Assembly (NCBI GenBank): GCA_965202755.1
Contig: CBDBCL010000008.1
Coordinates: 30,702-94,701, forward strand
Direction of reading: 5' to 3'
Source of the DNA: Rhodospirillales bacterium
GTDB lineage: Bacteria > Pseudomonadota > Alphaproteobacteria > Kiloniellales > JACOMY01
Length of the DNA: 64,000 bases
Shown piece after piece: positions 40,848 to 49,628 of the stretch. The notes under the pieces were generated by a model that did no database searches, was not told where the DNA came from, and saw nothing but the letters and a program-made list of their open reading frames with translations. The translations under genes were made by a program, and so were the position numbers. The first letter of the stretch is position 1. Each line of letters starts with the position of its first letter.

Positions 40848-42134
40848 ATGACACCGGCCGCTCGCCTACAGGCCTCCATAGAGCTGTTCGAGGCCATCGA
40901 AGAGGACCCGCGACCGGCCGATCAGGTCGTGGCCGGTTACTTGCGCGGCCGACGCTATATCGGCGCCAAGGATCGTCGCGCGCTAACCCAGATGGTCTAC
41001 GACCGCATGCGCAGGCTCGCGCGTCTGGATTGGTGGCTCGCGCGGGTGGGTCTGGCTTGTGACGCGCGCGGGCGTGCTTTGGCAGATCTGGCCTTAGCCG
41101 GCGCGATGGACCTTCACGGCTTGGAGCAGCTCTTCACCGGCGGGCGCTTCGCCCCGGCGGCTTTGGATCGCACCGAGATCGCCAAGCTGCGCGGCTTGAA
41201 AGACCAGCGGCTCGACCATCCGGAACAACCAGCGGCCGTGCGTGGCGAATGCCCCGCTTGGCTGCTGGATCGCTTGCCAGAGGGGGCGGATGGCCTTCTG
41301 GCATCGCTCAGCCAAGCCGCACCGCTGGATCTTCGGGTCAATGCCTTGAAGGCTACCCGTCAGGAGGCCAAGGCCGCTCTGAAGAGCGAGGGCATAGAGA
41401 GCAGCGAGACACCCTTTGCGCCGCTCGCCTTGCGGGTCCAAGGGCGACGCAATATCGCCGCCACGGCCGTCTTTCGCGACGGCCTGGTCGAGCGTCAGGA
41501 CGAGGGCAGCCAGCTGGCGGCCCAGCTTGTCGAGGCGCAGCCGGGCGAGCGGGTCGTCGATTTCTGCGCCGGTGCCGGCGGCAAGACCCTGGCTCTGGCG
41601 GCAGTAATGGCGAACAAGGGCAGCTTGCTGGCGCTCGACGTCAGCAAGGCGCGCTTGGATCGTGCCGGGCAGCGGCTGAGACGGGCCGCTGCCTTCAACG
41701 TCACCAGACGAGTCCTCAAGGACCATCGCGATCCTTGGCTGAAGCGGCACAAGGGTGGCTTCGACCGGGTGCTGGTGGACGCACCTTGCAGCGGCCTCGG
41801 CGCCTGGCGCCGCAATCCGGACTCCCGCTGGCGCACCCAGCCCGAAGAACTGGAACGCTTGGTGTCTCTGCAACAGGGGCTCCTGGTCTCGGCAGCACGT
41901 CTGGTTCGGCCGGGTGGGCGCCTAGTCTATGTCACCTGTTCGCTGCTGCCCGAAGAGAACCAGGCACAGGTCGTGGTATTTCTGGAGACTGGGAGCGATT
42001 TCTGCCAGCAGGACATTGCGGTTTTGCTTCCCAGCCTTGCTGCAGCTGTGGATAGCACCGGCGGTTTGACACTGCGCCCAGACCGCGAGGGGACTGACGG
42101 CTTCTATGTCACCGTGTTACAAAGGACGGCATGA
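40848..42134 (+). CDS. RsmB/NOP-family SAM-dependent RNA (cytosine-C5) methyltransferase
   Basis: N-terminal NusB-like region, SAM motif VVDFCAGAGGKT, catalytic DRVLVDAPCSGLGAWRRNPD and YVTCS. Confidence 0.85.
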   Translation: MTPAARLQASIELFEAIEEDPRPADQVVAGYLRGRRYIGAKDRRALTQMVYDRMRRLARLDWWLARVGLACDARGRALADLALAGAMDLHGLEQLFTGGRFAPAALDRTEIAKLRGLKDQRLDHPEQPAAVRGECPAWLLDRLPEGADGLLASLSQAAPLDLRVNALKATRQEAKAALKSEGIESSETPFAPLALRVQGRRNIAATAVFRDGLVERQDEGSQLAAQLVEAQPGERVVDFCAGAGGKTLALAAVMANKGSLLALDVSKARLDRAGQRLRRAAAFNVTRRVLKDHRDPWLKRHKGGFDRVLVDAPCSGLGAWRRNPDSRWRTQPEELERLVSLQQGLLVSAARLVRPGGRLVYVTCSLLPEENQAQVVVFLETGSDFCQQDIAVLLPSLAAAVDSTGGLTLRPDREGTDGFYVTVLQRTA

Positions 42135-42697
42135 GTCTCAAAATCCGTAAGGCGATGCGCAATGACGCGGCGACGATTGCGCGGGTGCATGTAGAGACTT
42201 GGCGCTCGGCCTATGCCGGAAGCGTGCCCAATCGCTATCTGCTCGAGCTCTCGTCGGAGGTCGAAGCCGTCCGCTGGCAGCGGCGGATCGGACAGGCGCG
42301 TTCGCGCGAGACCACTCTTGTGGCGGAAGTTCCCTCACCAACCAGCAGTCTCCTGGTCGGCTTCGTGTCCGGCGGCCCGGCGCGCCGGCACAGTCCGCCG
42401 GCCAAGGCCGAGGTCTATACGCTCTATGTCCTCGACGACTACCAGAACCTCGGCATCGGCCGGGCGCTGCTGACCGGGCTGCTGCGCGATCTCTTGGCGC
42501 GCGGCTACAATGATGCCTTCCTCTGGGTGCTGGCCGACAACCCCGCCCGCTTCTTCTACCAGGCCATGGGCGGCCAGGCTGCAGGCCAGCAGGAGGAAGC
42601 CTTTGCCGGCGCCAAGCTGAAGGAAGAGGCCTATATCTGGCCCGACCTGGTTTCCTGGCTGATCGAAGACGCCTCGGACGGAGACGGGCGGGTCTGA
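42131..42697 (+). CDS. GNAT family N-acetyltransferase
   Basis: YVLDDYQNLGIGRALL acetyl-CoA motif. ATGA overlap with the upstream gene. Confidence 0.85.
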   Translation: MSLKIRKAMRNDAATIARVHVETWRSAYAGSVPNRYLLELSSEVEAVRWQRRIGQARSRETTLVAEVPSPTSSLLVGFVSGGPARRHSPPAKAEVYTLYVLDDYQNLGIGRALLTGLLRDLLARGYNDAFLWVLADNPARFFYQAMGGQAAGQQEEAFAGAKLKEEAYIWPDLVSWLIEDASDGDGRV

Positions 42698-42837
42698 CCC
42701 GCAGAGTTTTCCTGCGATTCGCCTACCGCCGCCGTCGCATGACGCAAGCAAACAAGATTGCCGCCCCGGCTTTGCTATGCCTTGTTGAACGTTTACCCAA
42801 CTAGCATTCCCTCAGGTCCGGTTCTGGAGAGAAGGCA

Positions 42838-43725
42838 ATGAACAGAGACGTCATGATCACCTGCGCGATCACCGGCGCAGGAGACACGGTCGGCAAGCAC
42901 CCGGCCATCCCGATCACGCCGCAGCAGATCGCCGAGACCGCTATCGAGGCTGCCAAGGCCGGTGCCACGATCGCCCACATGCACGTCCGCGAGCCCGACA
43001 CCGGCAAGCCCAGCCGGCGGGTCGAACTCTATCGCGAGGTGGTGGACCGCATCCGCGACAGCGGCACCGACATCATCATTAACCTGACTGCCGGCATGGG
43101 TGGCGATTTGCAGATCCGCGACAGCGATCCGACTAGGCCCGGCCCGGACAGCGATTTGGTCCCGGCCATGGAACGTTTGGCCCATGTCGAGGAGCTACTC
43201 CCCGAGATCTGCACCCTGGACTGCGGCACGCTGAACTTCGGCGACGGCGACAACATCTACGTCGGCACGCCCGAGATGCTGCGCAAAGGCGCCAAGCGCA
43301 TCCGGGAGTTGGGTGTAAAGCCGGAGCTGGAATGCTTCGACAGCGGCCATGTCTGGATGGCCAATCGGCTCTTCGAGGAAGGCTTGATCGAGGGCCAGCC
43401 CATGTATCAGCTCTGCCTCGGCATTCCCTATGGTGCGCCGGCCTCGACCGAAACCATGCTGACCATGCGCAATCTACTGCCGAAGGAGGCCATCTGGGCC
43501 GGCTTCGCCATCGGTCGTAGCCAGATGCCCTTCGTGGCCCAGGCGGCTCTCTTGGGCGGACACGTGCGGGTCGGGCTGGAGGACAATATCTGGCTGGACA
43601 AGGGGGTCCATGCCTCCAATGCCAGCCTGACGGAGCGGGCCGTGGAGATCCTGCAGCGCCTAGGTGCCCGGCCGATGACGCCGGCCGAGGGGCGCGCGCT
43701 CTTGGGTCTGAAGCCCAGAAACTAG
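42838..43725 (+). CDS. BKACE-family beta-keto acid cleavage enzyme (DUF849), candidate dehydrocarnitine cleavage enzyme
   Basis: [13 protein letters not shown]...[25 protein letters not shown]...[12 protein letters not shown] are family motifs. Immediately upstream of the carnitine dehydrogenase. Confidence 0.85.
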   Translation: MNRDVMITCAITGAGDTVGKHPAIPITPQQIAETAIEAAKAGATIAHMHVREPDTGKPSRRVELYREVVDRIRDSGTDIIINLTAGMGGDLQIRDSDPTRPGPDSDLVPAMERLAHVEELLPEICTLDCGTLNFGDGDNIYVGTPEMLRKGAKRIRELGVKPELECFDSGHVWMANRLFEEGLIEGQPMYQLCLGIPYGAPASTETMLTMRNLLPKEAIWAGFAIGRSQMPFVAQAALLGGHVRVGLEDNIWLDKGVHASNASLTERAVEILQRLGARPMTPAEGRALLGLKPRN

Positions 43726-43762
43726 GATTTGGTCGACTATCTCTAGCAAGGGTGAGAGGAGC

Positions 43763-45247
43763 ATGATTGAAGGCGTGCAGAAGGTGGCCTTGATAGGCAC
43801 CGGCGTGATCGGGGCGGGCTGGGCGACGCGGGCGCTGGCTTGGGGTCTGGATGTGGTGGCGCACGATCCGGCGCCGGGAGCTGAGGAGAGGCTGCGCCAG
43901 GCGGTGGCGCGGGCTTGGCCGGCAATCTCGCAGTTGGGCCTGGCCGCCGGTGCCAGCCAGGACCGGCTGCGCTTTGCCAGCACCTTGGAAGAGGCTATCG
44001 CCGAAGCCGATTTCGTGCAGGAGAGCGCGCCGGAACGTATCGACCTCAAGCGACGCATCCATCAGGGGATCGATGCCGCAGCACGGCCGGAGGTCCTGGT
44101 CGCCTCCTCTTCCTCGGGGTTGTTGCCGAGCGAGATCCAAGCGGACTGCCAGCATCCCGAGCGGGTGCTGATCGGCCATCCCTTCAATCCCGTCTTTCTC
44201 TTGCCGCTGGTGGAACTGGTGGCCGGAGAGCAGACCGCGCCGGAGGCCATCGAGAGGGCACGTGCCTTCTATGCCGGCATCGGCATGCATCCTCTCCACG
44301 TGCGCAAGGAGGTGCCGGCCTATCTCTCCGACCGCCTGCAGGAGGCGCTCTGGCGCGAGTATCTGCACTTGGTGAACGAGGGTGTCGCTACCACCGACGA
44401 GCTGGACCAAGCCATGGCTTATGGGCCGGGTCTGCGCTGGGCCTTCTGGGGCACCGGTATGATCTTCCATCTGGCCGGCGGCGAGGCCGGCATGAGGCAC
44501 ATGCTGGAGCAGTTCGGGCCGGCCCTGAAGCTGCCCTGGACCAAGCTGGAGGCGCCGGAACTCTCCGAGGCGTTGATCGAACGTATGGTCGAGGGCATTG
44601 AGGCGCAGTCGGCCGGCACCTCTATCGCGCAGCTGGAGAGCCTGCGTGACAATGCGCTGATCTCGGTCATGCGGGCCTTGCGTCCCTTCGACGTTGGTGC
44701 CGGCAAGACCATGGCGGCCTACGAAGCCCGCATGTTCGAGGCCGTGCAGTCCAAGCGCTGGAAACCGGGCGAGCTGCCGACGGTGCCGCTGCGCTTGGCC
44801 GAGGGCTTCGTGCGCCCCGATTGGGTCGACTACAATCAACACATGAGCGAGGCCTTTTTCGTCACCGCCATCGGCAACGCCTCGGACGCGCTCTTCCGCT
44901 ACATCGGCATCGACGAGGCCTATCGGGCCGCCGGGAACTCCTTCTATACGGTCGAGAGCCACCTGAACTACTACGCCGAAGGCAAGCTCAATCAGCCCTT
45001 GGCCTACGAGACTCGGGTCTTGGATCTCGATGCCAAGCGGCTGCACATCCACCACACCATCCTGGACCGCGACAGCGGCCAGCGGATCTTCACCGCCGAG
45101 CAGATGCTGCTGCATATCGACGGCAAGGTTGGCAAGACGGCGCCGATCATGCCCGGTCCCAAGGCCGCGCTGGATGCCATCTGGGCGTTTCACCAAACAG
45201 CGGAGCGGCCCGACGACGCCGGCCGATCCATCGGCATCAAACGCTAG
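43763..45247 (+). CDS. L-carnitine 3-dehydrogenase fused to a hotdog-fold thioesterase domain
   Basis: VALIGTGVIGAGWA Rossmann start and a 3-hydroxyacyl-CoA-dehydrogenase-like body. The C-terminal about 170 aa (VDYNQHMSEAFFVTAIGNASDALF...YTVESHLNYYAEGKL) are 4HBT-like. The 494-aa long form is known for CDH. Confidence 0.85.
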   Translation: MIEGVQKVALIGTGVIGAGWATRALAWGLDVVAHDPAPGAEERLRQAVARAWPAISQLGLAAGASQDRLRFASTLEEAIAEADFVQESAPERIDLKRRIHQGIDAAARPEVLVASSSSGLLPSEIQADCQHPERVLIGHPFNPVFLLPLVELVAGEQTAPEAIERARAFYAGIGMHPLHVRKEVPAYLSDRLQEALWREYLHLVNEGVATTDELDQAMAYGPGLRWAFWGTGMIFHLAGGEAGMRHMLEQFGPALKLPWTKLEAPELSEALIERMVEGIEAQSAGTSIAQLESLRDNALISVMRALRPFDVGAGKTMAAYEARMFEAVQSKRWKPGELPTVPLRLAEGFVRPDWVDYNQHMSEAFFVTAIGNASDALFRYIGIDEAYRAAGNSFYTVESHLNYYAEGKLNQPLAYETRVLDLDAKRLHIHHTILDRDSGQRIFTAEQMLLHIDGKVGKTAPIMPGPKAALDAIWAFHQTAERPDDAGRSIGIKR

Positions 45248-45258
45248 GGAATAGGGTT

Positions 45259-46419
45259 ATGCAGTTCGATCTGAGCGAAGAGCAGGAGCTGATCGTCCGT
45301 ACGACGCGCGGCTTCGTGGAAGACGTGCTTTATCCGCACGAAGAGACGGTGGAGCGGCTGGACGAGATCCCCGCCGAGGTCGCCCAGGAAGTGAAGAGTA
45401 AATCCCAGGAACTGGGTCTCTATGCCGCCAACATGCCGGAGGAGCTGGGCGGCGCCGGTCTCGATGCCATCAGCCTAGCCTTGATGGAGCGGGAACTGGG
45501 CCGCGCCAACTTCGCCCTGCAGTATCTGGTCGCGCGTCCCTCCAACATCCTGCGGGCCAGCCAGGGCGAGCAGATCGAGCAGTACTTGCTGCCGACGATC
45601 CGCGGCGAGAAAACCGAGACCCTGGCGATGACAGAGCCGGGTGCCGGCTCGGATCTGCGCTCGATGAAGACCAAGGCGGTGGCCGACGGCGACGACTTCG
45701 TCATCAACGGCATGAAGCACTTCATCAGCCACGCCGATCTCGCCGACTTCGTCATCCTCTTCGCCGCCACCGGCGAGGAGCAGACCGCGCGGGGACCGAA
45801 GAAGCAGATCACCGCCTTCTATCTCGACAAGGGAACGCCGGGCTTCGAGGTGCGGCTGGGCCCGCGTCCGGTCTCCCATCGCGGCTATCACAATTGCGAG
45901 CTGATGTTCGACGACTGCCGCATCCACAAGCGCCAGATGCTGGGTGAATTGCACAAGGGATTCGAGACGGCGAACGACTGGTTGGGCGCCACCCGCTTGC
46001 AGGTTGCCGCCATGTGTCTGGGTCGCGCCCATCGCGCGCATGAACTGGCCGTCGACTGGGCCGCCAATCGCAAGCAGTTCGGCCAGACCATCGGCCGCTT
46101 CCAGGGCGTCTCCTTCAAGCTGGCCGACATGGCGACCGCGATCCAGACGGCCGATTTGCTCACCCTTTGGTGTGCCTGGAAGCATCAACAGGGGACAGCA
46201 CTCGACCAGGATTTCGCTATGGCCAAGCTCTACACCACCGAGACTTTGGCCAAGGTGGCCGACGAGGCCATTCAAATCTTCGGTGGCATGGGCCTGATGG
46301 AGTCCCTCCCCTTGGAGCGGATCTGGCGCGACGCTCGCGTCGAGCGCATCTGGGAGGGCACCAGTGAAATCCAGCGCCACATCATCAGCCGTTCGCTGCT
46401 CAGGCTTCTGGGAAGCTAG
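45259..46419 (+). CDS. acyl-CoA dehydrogenase
   Basis: MQFDLSEEQELIVRTTRGFVEDV...TEPGAGSDLRS...IWEGTSEIQRHIISRSLL. Start at the ATG at 45259 inside the longer ORF-track frame. Confidence 0.9.
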   Translation: MQFDLSEEQELIVRTTRGFVEDVLYPHEETVERLDEIPAEVAQEVKSKSQELGLYAANMPEELGGAGLDAISLALMERELGRANFALQYLVARPSNILRASQGEQIEQYLLPTIRGEKTETLAMTEPGAGSDLRSMKTKAVADGDDFVINGMKHFISHADLADFVILFAATGEEQTARGPKKQITAFYLDKGTPGFEVRLGPRPVSHRGYHNCELMFDDCRIHKRQMLGELHKGFETANDWLGATRLQVAAMCLGRAHRAHELAVDWAANRKQFGQTIGRFQGVSFKLADMATAIQTADLLTLWCAWKHQQGTALDQDFAMAKLYTTETLAKVADEAIQIFGGMGLMESLPLERIWRDARVERIWEGTSEIQRHIISRSLLRLLGS

Positions 46420-46480
46420 GGATGTGTTCTGGAGCAGCAGAAAGGCCGGAGCTTGCCTCTCTAGCATCACTACAATTGTC

Positions 46481-46503
46481 ATCACCGGGCTTGACCCGGT
46501 GAT
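46481..46503. repeat. perfect 9-bp-arm palindrome ATCACCGGG cttga CCCGGTGAT
   Basis: Read directly. Lies in a 289-bp non-coding gap between the acyl-CoA dehydrogenase and the hydratase. Confidence 0.8.
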
Positions 46504-46708
46504 CCACGAGGACCTTGCTGCATCCGTCCGGTCCGTCTCGTTCGAGCGGGACTCTCGAGGCGAAGTTACTGCTTTGGCCCCTGCGCGTGAACACGTGGGG
46601 CCGGCAACACAAGCCCGGCCACGACGGGACTGGACGGAGCCTAGTAAGCAAGGCTCATGTCGATGTTCGTAGGACCTTGTCGAATTCTATCAACTAAAAA
46701 GATCTGAA

Positions 46709-47494
46709 ATGAATCAATCTCTACACTTGGAGCGCAAGGGTCAGATCCTGATCGTGACCCTGGGTCGACCGAAAGCCAATGCCATCGACGCGGCGACCAG
46801 CCGCGAGATGAGCCGGGTCTTCGAAGAGTTCGGCGCCGATCCCGATCTGCGCGTGGCCATCCTGACCGGCGGCGGCGAGCGTTTCTTCTCGGCCGGCTGG
46901 GATTTGAAGGCGGCGGCCGAGGGTGAGGCCTCAGAGAGCGACTATGGCTCCGGTGGCTTCGGCGGCATCACCGAACTTTGGGATCTGAAGAAGCCGGTGA
47001 TCGTCGCCATGAATGGCCTGGCGGTGGGTGGCGGCTTCGAGCTGGCGCTTGCTGGCGACATTATCGTCGCTGCCGATCACGTGCGCGCCTGGCTGCCCGA
47101 GGTGCGCCTTGGGATACTGCCGGACGCCGGCGGCGTCTTGCGCCTGCCGCGTCGCATCCCGCGCGCCTTGGCCATGGAGATGTTGATGACCGCGCGGGAG
47201 GTCGACGCGGCTGAGATGCTGCGCATCGGCCTGGTGAACCGCGTGGTGCCGGCCGCGGAGTTAATGGAGGCCAGCTTGGCTTTGGCCGAAGAATTGCTGT
47301 TGGCTGCCCCACTGTCTTTGGCCGCGGTGAAGGAGATTGTGAACGGCACCGAGGCGCTCTCGCTGCGAGAGGCGACGAGCAAGATGCGCGGACCGGATTT
47401 GCCGACCTATCGCAAGGCCCTGGCCTCGGAGGATGCGCAGGAGGGTTCGGCCGCCTTCGCCGAGAAGCGGTCGCCGGAGTGGAAAGGCCGTTGA
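46709..47494 (+). CDS. enoyl-CoA hydratase/isomerase family protein (CaiD-like)
   Basis: LIVTLGRPKANAID...RVAILTGGGERFFSAGWDLK...NGLAVGGGFELALAGD crotonase motifs. Confidence 0.85.
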   Translation: MNQSLHLERKGQILIVTLGRPKANAIDAATSREMSRVFEEFGADPDLRVAILTGGGERFFSAGWDLKAAAEGEASESDYGSGGFGGITELWDLKKPVIVAMNGLAVGGGFELALAGDIIVAADHVRAWLPEVRLGILPDAGGVLRLPRRIPRALAMEMLMTAREVDAAEMLRIGLVNRVVPAAELMEASLALAEELLLAAPLSLAAVKEIVNGTEALSLREATSKMRGPDLPTYRKALASEDAQEGSAAFAEKRSPEWKGR

Positions 47495-47547
47495 CGCGGC
47501 TCTACACCATGCCGACATGAGGGCGCACACTTCTGGAGAGCCCGCCC

Positions 47548-47937
47548 ATGTCCTTTGCCATCAAGCAGATCGATCATGTCGTCCTACGCGTTGCCGATCT
47601 GGATCGCGCCATTCGCTTCTATGACGAGGTCCTGGGTTGCGAGGTCGAGCGTCGGGCGGAGAGCACCCAACTGGTGCAGATGCGCGCCGGTGCTTCGCTG
47701 ATCGATCTCATTGCCATCGACCCACCGGCGGGCGCGGAGAAGCGCAACATGGATCACTTCGCGCTGTGCATCGAGCCCTTCGATGCCGAGGCTCTGAAGG
47801 CGCATTTGAGTGCCCATGGCGTCGAGATCGGCGAACTGGCCGAGCGCTATGGGGCTGAGGGCGACGGTCCCTCCCTCTATCTCACCGACCCCGACGGCAA
47901 CGGCGTGGAACTGAAGGGTCCGCCGACTCCGGCCTGA
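47548..47937 (+). CDS. VOC (glyoxalase/bleomycin-resistance/dioxygenase) family protein
   Basis: IDHVVLRVADLDRAIRFYDEVLG...MDHFALCIE...LYLTDPDGNGVEL. Confidence 0.8.
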   Translation: MSFAIKQIDHVVLRVADLDRAIRFYDEVLGCEVERRAESTQLVQMRAGASLIDLIAIDPPAGAEKRNMDHFALCIEPFDAEALKAHLSAHGVEIGELAERYGAEGDGPSLYLTDPDGNGVELKGPPTPA

Positions 47938-47989
47938 CCCGCTAATTTACTCAACTCTGTCGTCTATCGACATCAATCGGAGAAGAGGA

Positions 47990-49060
47990 ATGTCCGAAGC
48001 TCGCAGGGTTGCCATGCTGTTCGGTGGGCAATCGGCCGAACACGAGGTCTCGGTGCAGTCCGGGCACAATGTCCATGCGGCCTTGATCGCTGCGGGCTAC
48101 GAGGTGGTGGCGATCGGCATCGACGAGAGCGGCGTCTGGCGCTTGGCACCCGAAGTCGGTCTGCCGGACCCGGCCTGGCCCGAGGTCGCGATGCTGCCCG
48201 GAGGTGGTGGCGACATCCTGGTGCTCGGCCCCGATCAGCAGCGCATCGCCATTGACGTCGTCTTCCCGGTGCTACATGGCCCTAATGGCGAAGACGGTTC
48301 GGTGCAGGGCCTGCTGCAGCTGGCCAATGTCGCCTTCGTCGGCTGCGGCCTCTTCGCCTCGGCGCTCTGCATGGACAAGATCTATGCCAAGCAGCAACTG
48401 GATGCGGCCGGTATTGCGACGGTCAAAGGCCTCTGGTTCGAGCGCAAGTCCGCCATCAGCTACGAGCAGGCAGTCGGCGAACTGGGCAGTCTCCTCTTCG
48501 TCAAGCCGGCCAACATGGGCTCCTCGGTGGGCGTCTCCAAGGTGGAGGATGCGGCCGGCTACGAGGCCGCTCTCTCGCGCGCCTTCCGGCACGACGGCAG
48601 GGTGCTGGTCGAGAGCTTCGCCGAGGGCCGCGAGATCGAGTGTGCCGTCCTCTCGCTGGAGGATTTGCAGGCCTCCGAGCCGGGCGAGATCGTGCCGGCC
48701 GGTGGGCACGGCTTCTACAGCTACGACGCCAAGTACCTCGACGCTGAGGGCGCCAAGCTGATCTATCCCGCAGAGATCTTGCCAGAGGTCAAGGCAGAGG
48801 TCCAGGCGCTCTCTCTGGCTGCCGCCCATGCCATGAGCTGCGAGGGCATGGTGCGTGTGGACTTCTTCCTGCAGGCCGATGGCAACCTGCTGGTGAACGA
48901 ATTGAACACCATCCCGGGTTTCACTCAGATCTCCATGTATCCCAAGCTCTGGGAGATCTCCGGTGTGCCCCCGGCGCAGCTGGTGACCCACTTGGTCGAG
49001 CATGCCCGCCGCCGCTTCTCGCAAGAGGCCGCCTTGATGCAGATTCCGGAAGCCTGTTGA
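47990..49060 (+). CDS. ddl: D-alanine--D-alanine ligase
   Basis: VAMLFGGQSAEHEVS...FPVLHGPNGEDGSVQGLL...FVKPANMGSSVGVSKV...VNELNTIPGFT. Confidence 0.9.
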   Translation: MSEARRVAMLFGGQSAEHEVSVQSGHNVHAALIAAGYEVVAIGIDESGVWRLAPEVGLPDPAWPEVAMLPGGGGDILVLGPDQQRIAIDVVFPVLHGPNGEDGSVQGLLQLANVAFVGCGLFASALCMDKIYAKQQLDAAGIATVKGLWFERKSAISYEQAVGELGSLLFVKPANMGSSVGVSKVEDAAGYEAALSRAFRHDGRVLVESFAEGREIECAVLSLEDLQASEPGEIVPAGGHGFYSYDAKYLDAEGAKLIYPAEILPEVKAEVQALSLAAAHAMSCEGMVRVDFFLQADGNLLVNELNTIPGFTQISMYPKLWEISGVPPAQLVTHLVEHARRRFSQEAALMQIPEAC

Positions 49061-49074
49061 GGGAGCCTGATACG

Positions 49075-49628
49075 ATGACCGATCTGCGTGATCGTCCCTT
49101 TTATCATGAGGGGATGCGCAACCTGCAGGACCGCTTCGACGGTCGTCGGATGGCCGATGCCTTGGAGCAGCGCCGCAAGCACTATGATTTTGGGAGGACG
49201 AGCGCAAGTGGATCGAGACCGCGCAGTTCTTCTTTATCGCCAGTTCCTGGGGCGAATTCACCGACTGCAACATCCGCTCGGGCGATCCCGGCTTCATTAA
49301 GATCGTGGCGCCCGGCCTGCTGTTCGTCCGCTTCGACGGCAAGAGCCGGTGCATTCGCATCAACGGCAAGGCCAGCACTCACGACGATCGGGAGACCCTC
49401 GAAAGGCACCACGGCGCAAAGCTGGTGGTGCGCATTGCCTGCGAGGTCTATCCGAACTGTCCGCGCTACATTCCTATCCTGATCGAGCGGGAGGAGTCGC
49501 CCTATGTCCTGCGCGAAGGCCAAGGCACACCGCCGGCGCCGGAGTGGAAGCAGCAGGATTACATTCGCGAGATTCTGCCGAAGGATGATCCGCACCACTT
49601 TACGGACAAGCCGTCGGATCAGGAGTAA
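49075..49628 (+). pseudogene. pyridoxamine-5'-phosphate-oxidase-family protein, 1 frameshift
   Basis: MTDLRDRPFYHEGMRNLQDRFDGRRMADALEQRRKHYDF|WEDERKWIETAQFFFIASSWGEFTDCNIRSGDPGFIKIVAPGLLFVRFDGKSRC... One T is missing from the T run at 49188-91. The span is 3n-1 nt. Confidence 0.7.
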
